A DNA stretch of 32,000 bases from assembly GCF_025234665.1 (NCBI RefSeq), contig NZ_JANIEH010000005.1, one strand, 5' to 3'. The DNA is from Exiguobacterium mexicanum (GTDB lineage: Bacteria; Bacillota; Bacilli; Exiguobacteriales; Exiguobacteriaceae). Positions 26,816 through 32,000 of the stretch are shown piece after piece; within the stretch, counting starts at the first letter, position 1, and every line of letters begins with the position of its first letter. Both the position numbers and the translations under genes were made by a program. A model generated the notes under the pieces. It did not search any database and was not told the DNA's origin. It saw nothing but the letters and a program-made list of their open reading frames with translations.

Positions 26816-27097
26816 TTACTTCACCATCCTCTGTGGTACCTCCTGTGCGACGTCTCGCTGTTCGATGAACGTACTGAGTGCCGCACCGCCGGCCAAACCG
26901 AGGGCGAGGAGGACCCACGCCCACCACGTCCGCTCGAGCCCTTCAACATACAGGCTATAGACGCCGAGCGAAAGCACGGCGACGAGCAACACGATGACCC
27001 CTTTCGTCTCGCGTTTCCGAATGTACGGAATCGACAAGGCGAACACAGTCAATGTGGCGAGTACCCAAAAGGCAATCAAAATCAAATATCCGATCAT
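26816..27097 (-). CDS. small 3-TM membrane protein, translationally coupled between the VanW-like gene and pilB
   Basis: 93-aa ORF. SD GAGGGGG lies 7 nt before ATG 27097, and there is an ATGA start/stop overlap with the upstream gene. Its stop is 1 nt before the pilB start. It has three hydrophobic segments. I recognise no family. Confidence 0.55.
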   Translation of the reverse strand: MIGYLILIAFWVLATLTVFALSIPYIRKRETKGVIVLLVAVLSLGVYSLYVEGLERTWWAWVLLALGLAGGAALSTFIEQRDVAQEVPQRMVK

Positions 27098-28320
27098 CCG
27101 ACTGCCCCCTCACTTGGTACCGGATCCGTGTCATGAACCGGTGGCTGTTCTTCAAACTGATTCAATCCGTCATCTTCTACATCGTCATCGAACGGGTCAT
27201 CTTCCAGTGTTTCATCTGGGAAAGTTGGGATGACCGGTTCGACAGGCTCTGGAGGCGGAAGCGGGACGGAACTTTTCGTCACAATCTCCGGGATCGGCTC
27301 GTAAAAATCGAATCCGAGCAGTTCGAGCGACTCGCCCGTATCCGTGATGCGGACACGGTATAGCTTGCCTGACTCGCCGGTCTGTCCGGACTGGGTCACA
27401 GACGAACTGCCGGCCGTGAGCGATGGCGAGAAGCGGACGATATTTTGGTACGGGACGCTCGTCACGTCTTCGACGCGCGATTCATAGGCGCCGACGAACA
27501 TCTTGCCGAGTAATTGGACGGTCATCGCGTTCCCTTCTTCCAACACGATGAGCGCGTACGGCGTCTGTTCCGTATTCTGGACGGCGAAGTTTGAGCGTTC
27601 ATCGACTTTGACGTCGTAGCCGAGCTCGATGCCGGACGGGAGCGTCTCATGTTGCACCCGTTCGAGGATTTGGAACGGTGTCGCCGCGAACAATTGATAC
27701 ATCGATGATCCGAGCGTGCTGAGCGCGTCAAAATCTTCCCCGAACGCTTTCAAGCTGAAGATATCCCCCGCCTCCATCTCGAAGCCGTTCATTCGTTCAA
27801 GTGCCGAGCGCATCGCTGGTGTCGGACTCACCGTGATCGAGGCGACGACTTCGCTCTCCGTCGCCGTCATCTCGAGGACAACGTCCGAGTTCAAGTTCGA
27901 TGCCGCTTCGACGAGCGGTGGTGTCACCATCGATAGCGTCACCGGTTGATTCTCTAAGTAAGGCGTCAATCGCTCTTCGTCGACCGTCGTGACGAGCGGA
28001 TATGTACCTGGTTCAGAAGCCGTCTTGAGCGTCGCATCGACGTTGAATGAGACGACGTCCTTGCCGACCTCGAGTGCCGTCCCATCGACGAGCGTCACCG
28101 TGAACGGCGTGTTATTGAAGTCTTTGATGGCGTTATCGAGTCGGACGACCGCCTCTTGCTTCGTCATCCCCGACACGTCGATACCGGCCACGGTCGTCTC
28201 TTTATATGTAGCAGTCGTCTTCGCCGAGGCGTCGAGATAGTTCACGAGCCCAATCGTCGGCAATGACACGAGCAGCACGAGTCCCGCCAGGATGAACAAA
28301 TGCATCCCATATCGCTTCAT
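27094..28320 (-). CDS. YoaR/VanW-like cell-wall associated protein (TM - PG_binding_4-like - degenerate VanW-like - G5-like - acidic Pro-rich tail)
   Basis: 408 aa. It has an N-terminal TM segment. TVAGIDVSGMTKQEAVVRLDNAI resembles the PG_binding_4 opening of VanW-family proteins. MEAGDIFSL...LSTLGSSMYQLFAATPFQILERVQHE...GYDVKVDE..NFAVQNTEQTPYALIV follows the VanW-domain pattern but lacks the GGG.CQ stretch. SVPYQNIVRFSPSLTAGSSSVTQSGQTGESGKLYRV...YEPIPEIVTKS is G5-like. The tail is PLPPPEPVEPVIPTFPDETLEDDPFDDDVEDD. SD AGAGGGGGAA is present. It is the first gene of the pilus operon. Confidence 0.55.
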   Translation of the reverse strand: MKRYGMHLFILAGLVLLVSLPTIGLVNYLDASAKTTATYKETTVAGIDVSGMTKQEAVVRLDNAIKDFNNTPFTVTLVDGTALEVGKDVVSFNVDATLKTASEPGTYPLVTTVDEERLTPYLENQPVTLSMVTPPLVEAASNLNSDVVLEMTATESEVVASITVSPTPAMRSALERMNGFEMEAGDIFSLKAFGEDFDALSTLGSSMYQLFAATPFQILERVQHETLPSGIELGYDVKVDERSNFAVQNTEQTPYALIVLEEGNAMTVQLLGKMFVGAYESRVEDVTSVPYQNIVRFSPSLTAGSSSVTQSGQTGESGKLYRVRITDTGESLELLGFDFYEPIPEIVTKSSVPLPPPEPVEPVIPTFPDETLEDDPFDDDVEDDGLNQFEEQPPVHDTDPVPSEGAVG

Positions 28321-28483
28321 TCCATTTCCCCCTCTATTTCAAGTCAAATGAGACTTTTGAATTACTATCCGTTCCCACTGTAACTTTAGTATAATATGCA
28401 TTGTACAGAAAATAACAATTATTTCAGGTGAAAAGTCTCTTTTTTCCTATCTTTAAATGAATTTTGAAAAGGAGGTCAATGCG
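28321..28483. promoter_or_regulatory. divergent control region of the two pilus operons
   Basis: The spacer is AT-rich. The plus strand has TATAAT at 28390-28395, and the minus strand has TATACT at 28393-28388, so the two -10 elements overlap back to back. A perfect 9-bp inverted repeat, GAGACTTTT (28350-28358) and AAAAGTCTC (28431-28439), is centred on these elements. An inner CTGTA (28378-28382) / TACAG (28404-28408) pair is also present. Confidence 0.45.
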
Positions 28484-28933
28484 TTGGACCGTTCCGAACA
28501 AGGTTTCACGCTCGTCGAAGTACTCGTCTCGATCGTCGTCGTCTCAATCCTGGCATTATCGCTCATGAATATCTTCTCCCAAAGCTTGCGAATCACCTCC
28601 TCGGATCTTGACCGGACCGTGGCGAACCAAGTCGCCCAAAACACGCTCAATACGTTGAAACGTCGGGCAGCCGAGACACGGGACCCGATCGATATCGCGG
28701 CGCTCCAACAAACACCGGCCAACGTCTGTGATTTGTGTGATGTCACCATCAACGGGCGCGCCTTCGATGTGACCATCCTCTCTCCGGGCAATGAGCCGGC
28801 CGCTGACCTCGTCAACGTCGAGATTACCGTCGCCTCGGAGACGTTGCTCCAACCGATTACCTTGAAAGGAGTGGTGACGAATGCGACGCTTCAAGATAAA
28901 TTCCCTGAGACGGACGTTCCAGAGCTTCCGTGA
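28484..28933 (+). CDS. minor pilin / pseudopilin with prepilin N-terminal cleavage-methylation motif
   Basis: MDRSEQG|FTLVEVLVSIVVVSILALSLMNIF is a canonical G|FTLVE signal. SD AAGGAGG lies 8 nt before TTG 28484. The track's ATG at 28457 would add 9 residues but has no SD. Confidence 0.8.
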   Translation: MDRSEQGFTLVEVLVSIVVVSILALSLMNIFSQSLRITSSDLDRTVANQVAQNTLNTLKRRAAETRDPIDIAALQQTPANVCDLCDVTINGRAFDVTILSPGNEPAADLVNVEITVASETLLQPITLKGVVTNATLQDKFPETDVPELP

Positions 28934-29444
28934 CCGTGAGGATGGCGTCACGCTCGTCGAGTTGTTGCTCGCGCTCGTCATCTCTGCCATCTTCGCCGGC
29001 ATTGTGATCACCGTCTTTTTGTCCGGCTCGCTCGGTTTCCGTCTGACGAACGATACGAGCTCGCTTCGAAGCGAGGCCGACTATTTGATCACGAGTGTCC
29101 TCCAAGACATCAACCGGACCGAGTTCGACGCCTTGACCGTCAACGGGGATACATATTCGTTCCACCGTCTCCATACCCCACGCATCTCGACGGAAGGCAT
29201 CCTGTATCGGCAAGGTGATTATATAGAGGACGCCGTGCTCGAGCTCGACCCCTCGAGCTTTGTGACGAATAACCCTAACGTCATCGTTCAGGCCGTCGAC
29301 ATTGACCTCCGTGACGAAGTGACCGACCCGAGACGCGGACGTGAGGCATATATCACTTCTGGATTGATTGAAATTCAAGTAACACTCGCCTCTCGTGAAG
29401 ATACGACGCTCGTCAAAACGTTCACGAGCACTATCCCGTTATGA
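28881..29444 (+). CDS. minor pilin (PilW/GspJ-size) with prepilin-type N-terminus
   Basis: MRRFKINSLRRTFQSFRDREDG|VTLVELLLALVISAIFAGIVITVF. It has Gly(-1) and Glu(+5) followed by a hydrophobic helix. SD AAAGGAG lies 9 nt before the ATG. It overlaps the preceding gene by 53 nt. Confidence 0.75.
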   Translation: MRRFKINSLRRTFQSFRDREDGVTLVELLLALVISAIFAGIVITVFLSGSLGFRLTNDTSSLRSEADYLITSVLQDINRTEFDALTVNGDTYSFHRLHTPRISTEGILYRQGDYIEDAVLELDPSSFVTNNPNVIVQAVDIDLRDEVTDPRRGREAYITSGLIEIQVTLASREDTTLVKTFTSTIPL

Positions 29445-29458
29445 AAAGAGGGAGTCAA

Positions 29459-31141
29459 ATGAAACAAGATGAACGAGGCTACGTCCTCATCCTCGTCCTC
29501 GTGACGATGGCGGCACTCGCCGTCCTCTCGCTCGCAGCGATTCAAGTCAACTTGGCCACGAACAAGCAGACGAATCTCCGTGTCGACGAGACACAGCTCG
29601 ACACCGACGTCAAAGGCGTGCTCGATGTGCTCGTCGCCGACCTCCGAGCGACGTTCCCGCTCCACGATGCGAACGTCGTCCAACCATATATGGAGAACGA
29701 GCAATTGTTCCAGGCGAAAGTCGAGACTGTACTTAAACAAGATACGTTGTATGCAGGGACGCGCCAATCGGGCGATAACGATATCCGCTACTCAATTACC
29801 CGCTCGACAGCGGACCAGGCGAACGCCCCGTTCACGACGGTGCTCACGTTGACCGCGACCGGGACGACGAAAGCGAAACCGGAACAGCCGATGCAAACAA
29901 GCTCGTATAGCCAGGAAGTGTACGTGACGGCCCTCCCGTCATTCCTCTATTATGTGCTCGGGTCGGACGACACGTTGACGGTCAACGGTCCACCGAAGAT
30001 TGAAGGGAACTTGTTTGCAGGTACGGAGCTCGCACTCGAACGCGACGCGAAGTACCAACTGAAAGACCAAATCAACACGCTGAACAATAGCGCTTCGAGC
30101 CGGTTTTATCTCGATGGCCGCATTGACCTCGGAAACGGGGCGACGTGCGACGGCTGTGAAACTCCGAACTATTTCACGAACTCGACTACTCCAGGTGTGA
30201 ACCATGAACCTGAGATTGGTCCGGTCGAAAGCAGCTTCTCCAATTTCAATTACGGTTACTCGGTCGTTCAATACGTGAATCGGTTTATGGGTTCTTTGGC
30301 GGACATCCCGTATAATGCCAATCCGGCCGATGAAATCTTTGCTAAATCGAATATCACTCGAACGAATGAGCCATTCATCGAACAAATCTATCGCCCCGTT
30401 AACTCGAACAAACCAGAATTGCTGAAAACTAATTTGATCGATCAAGGTAAATTAGATGCCATCACTGGCATGCAAATCGTGAGGCTACACCCGGAGGCAA
30501 TCGCTAACTATACGGGCAAGGACGGTATCTCGATTGTCATTTCAAAATCAATCGCTAGCAAGACAACCCCGCTTCTATTAGATGGCGACGTAACCATCGA
30601 TTCATTGAATGAGATCACAATCAGTCGCCCCCTGATCATTAACGGCGATTTAACGATTCGTGGAAAGGTCGCTTTTAATACAACGGTATATGCGCTCGGT
30701 GATACGTATATCGATGGGGCTGACTTGTTGCCGGCGACCGCGGGGGGCAATGACAGTTCACTCGTACTCCTCTCCAAAGGGAAAATTTTGTTAAACCGAA
30801 TCAATGAGTTCCAGAACACGTCTTCTACACTACAAGCGTTCATGTACAGCGCCTCGACTGAACCGACTCGTCTCTATGCTGTCGGATCAATCGTCAACAT
30901 GAAAGGCGGTCTATATAGTAAAGGCCCACTCGAAGTGAACACGTTCCGCGGCACATTCAAATCGTTGCCGGAACAGGCAAATAAACAAGCATCTTTCGCC
31001 CCGGGAAATGTTGACGCTTATGCTGAAGTCGATAAATCTCGTCTCGTCATGGAATACAACGAAGGCGTATTCCGACAAATCACTACACTACCGGTCACGA
31101 ACCAGTTGCAACTGTTTGTCGGCCAACAACTGAAGCAATAA
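29459..31141 (+). CDS. large PilX/GspK-like pilin-related protein lacking Glu5 (candidate tip/adhesin subunit)
   Basis: MKQDERG|YVLILVLVTMAALAVLSLAAIQVNLATNKQT is a PilX_N-like hydrophobic N-terminus with no Glu at +5. It is followed by ~520 aa with a repetitive beta-rich C-terminal part (GDVTIDSLNEITISRPLIINGDLTIRGKVAFNTTVYALGDTYIDG). SD AAGAGGGAG lies 4 nt before ATG 29459; the track start at 29441 is upstream of the SD. Confidence 0.7.
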   Translation: MKQDERGYVLILVLVTMAALAVLSLAAIQVNLATNKQTNLRVDETQLDTDVKGVLDVLVADLRATFPLHDANVVQPYMENEQLFQAKVETVLKQDTLYAGTRQSGDNDIRYSITRSTADQANAPFTTVLTLTATGTTKAKPEQPMQTSSYSQEVYVTALPSFLYYVLGSDDTLTVNGPPKIEGNLFAGTELALERDAKYQLKDQINTLNNSASSRFYLDGRIDLGNGATCDGCETPNYFTNSTTPGVNHEPEIGPVESSFSNFNYGYSVVQYVNRFMGSLADIPYNANPADEIFAKSNITRTNEPFIEQIYRPVNSNKPELLKTNLIDQGKLDAITGMQIVRLHPEAIANYTGKDGISIVISKSIASKTTPLLLDGDVTIDSLNEITISRPLIINGDLTIRGKVAFNTTVYALGDTYIDGADLLPATAGGNDSSLVLLSKGKILLNRINEFQNTSSTLQAFMYSASTEPTRLYAVGSIVNMKGGLYSKGPLEVNTFRGTFKSLPEQANKQASFAPGNVDAYAEVDKSRLVMEYNEGVFRQITTLPVTNQLQLFVGQQLKQ

Positions 31142-31143
31142 TA

Positions 31144-31175
31144 AAGAAGCTACTCGCGTGAGTAGCTTCTTTTCT
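31144..31175. terminator. bidirectional terminator between convergent genes
   Basis: Perfect 12-bp stem AAGAAGCTACTC / GAGTAGCTTCTT with loop GCGT, T-rich downstream and A-rich upstream. Confidence 0.85.
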
Positions 31176-31184
31176 GTGGCGTCA

Positions 31185-32000
31185 TTAATAGAAATCAGTT
31201 GATGGCTCCGCAGTACCTGGATTCGGATCGGCACCTTCTTTGACCTGAACGTAGAACGTCTGGCTGATAACTTCAGGACCTTCTCCCGCCTCAAAGGAGG
31301 CGCTCACATCCTGCGTTACAAGCCCCACCTTAGCGATTCCTGGCCTCACGAGTGTCAATACGCCATTTTCAGCTTTGAGCACGTCCTTACCCTCTAACAC
31401 TGTGAGTCCGTAACCCGTCACGTTCGCCGTCTCCGGCCAGAACTTAACAGGGTACTCGTAAGGACTGTCCGACATATATAACACAACGTTAGGTGTCGCG
31501 ACACGTTGTGGGTATTCTTTCACTTCAATCAAAGACGTTTCTGTTTGACCTGGGTATTTCGTCAAAGCCGCGATTACCGATACGTTCCCGGTACTTCCGT
31601 GTTCGGCTTGGACCGTCGCCGTCGAGTTTTGACTCGATACGATGCTGAGTGCAGTAGAGTTCACGGCCCACGTGGCATCGAACGGATTGTTGACGACTTG
31701 GTTATCACCAATTAATTGCGTGAGGTTCAACACTGCTTGTTGTTTCACTAAGCTCCCACTCTTATTTTGATAGACCCATAACACTTTGTCCGTAGAGTCA
31801 ATTGCGAGATCAGGCAATCTGACTTTTACCGTCACCGGTTGGGATTTCGATTCATATCCGTTGCTATGAACATAAACAGCTTGAATCGTCGTCGTTCCGA
31901 CTTTTAACGCCTCAACTGATAAACTTTGCTTAGCGACATTTGTCTGTTTTACGACTTCAGGATTCACAATGCTCCATTTAAGCGTTACAGTGGAAGGCAT
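31185..32000 (-). CDS. C-terminal part of a surface protein with bacterial Ig-like (Big_2-like) repeats; truncated by window edge
   Basis: The frame is open to the window edge, so the ATG at 32000 is probably internal. Repeated ~85-aa beta-rich units show the pattern ..W.V.N..(A/V)..V....G.(V/A)TA...G...V(T/I)A.. (WSIVNPEVVKQ...ALKVGTTTIQAVY; WAVNSTALSIVSS..ATVQAEHGSTGNVSVIAAL). G+C is lower than in the core genes. Confidence 0.5.
   Translation of the reverse strand: MPSTVTLKWSIVNPEVVKQTNVAKQSLSVEALKVGTTTIQAVYVHSNGYESKSQPVTVKVRLPDLAIDSTDKVLWVYQNKSGSLVKQQAVLNLTQLIGDNQVVNNPFDATWAVNSTALSIVSSQNSTATVQAEHGSTGNVSVIAALTKYPGQTETSLIEVKEYPQRVATPNVVLYMSDSPYEYPVKFWPETANVTGYGLTVLEGKDVLKAENGVLTLVRPGIAKVGLVTQDVSASFEAGEGPEVISQTFYVQVKEGADPNPGTAEPSTDFY

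Noticed and set aside
19092-28320. The possibility that the ATPase/platform/pilin cluster is the comG competence pseudopilus operon.
   Set aside because: ComG operons lack a PilT retraction ATPase and PilM/N/O and have the order comGA-GB-GC-GD-GE-GF-GG. Here PilT (short form, no N-domain) and PilMNO are present, and the pilin-like genes are arranged differently.
1-32000. Search for CRISPR arrays, tRNA/rRNA genes, IS elements, integrases, and att-like long direct repeats flanking the AT-rich island or the pilus locus.
   Set aside because: Reading both strands, I found no regularly spaced repeats, no cloverleaf-like or rRNA-like segments, and no transposase/recombinase-like ORFs. I could not find flanking direct repeats by eye, so a computational repeat search would be needed to exclude short ones.

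Overview
This 32-kb window looks like chromosomal DNA from a Bacillales-type Firmicute. A non-sporulating lineage such as Exiguobacterium is my guess only, inferred from gene order and the roughly 50-58% G+C of the coding lines I hand-counted. Almost all genes lie on the minus strand.

Left to right, the window contains:
- The NAD biosynthesis unit: nadA (partial), nadC and nadB, divergent from nifS-niaR.
- A DedA-like membrane protein, a NIPSNAP-Nudix fusion and a CNNM/CorC-type transporter.
- The conserved block obg, spo0B-like (split by a frameshift at a homopolymer), rpmA, prp and rplU, with a strong promoter and a long leader.
- An RNase E/G-family gene, followed by minD, minC, mreD, mreC and mreB.
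- A DUF2785-like gene.
- An AT-rich insertion of about 1.1 kb carrying one orphan membrane-protein gene.
- radC and maf.
- A type IV pilus locus of about 12 kb.

The pilus locus has a main operon on the minus strand: a YoaR/VanW-like wall-binding protein, a 93-aa membrane protein, pilB, pilT, pilC, the major pilin, pilD, a pilM-pilN fusion and pilO. A divergent plus-strand operon encodes three prepilin-like proteins, including a 560-aa PilX/GspK-like giant.

The window ends inside a convergent gene for an Ig-like (Big_2-like) surface protein. I saw no rRNA, tRNA, CRISPR array, transposase or integrase.

The most interesting points are the uncharacterised accessory genes and control region of the Gram-positive pilus locus, the mosaic low-GC major pilin, the AT-rich orphan island and the split spo0B-like gene. 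All family assignments are by-eye motif recognition; no database search was run.
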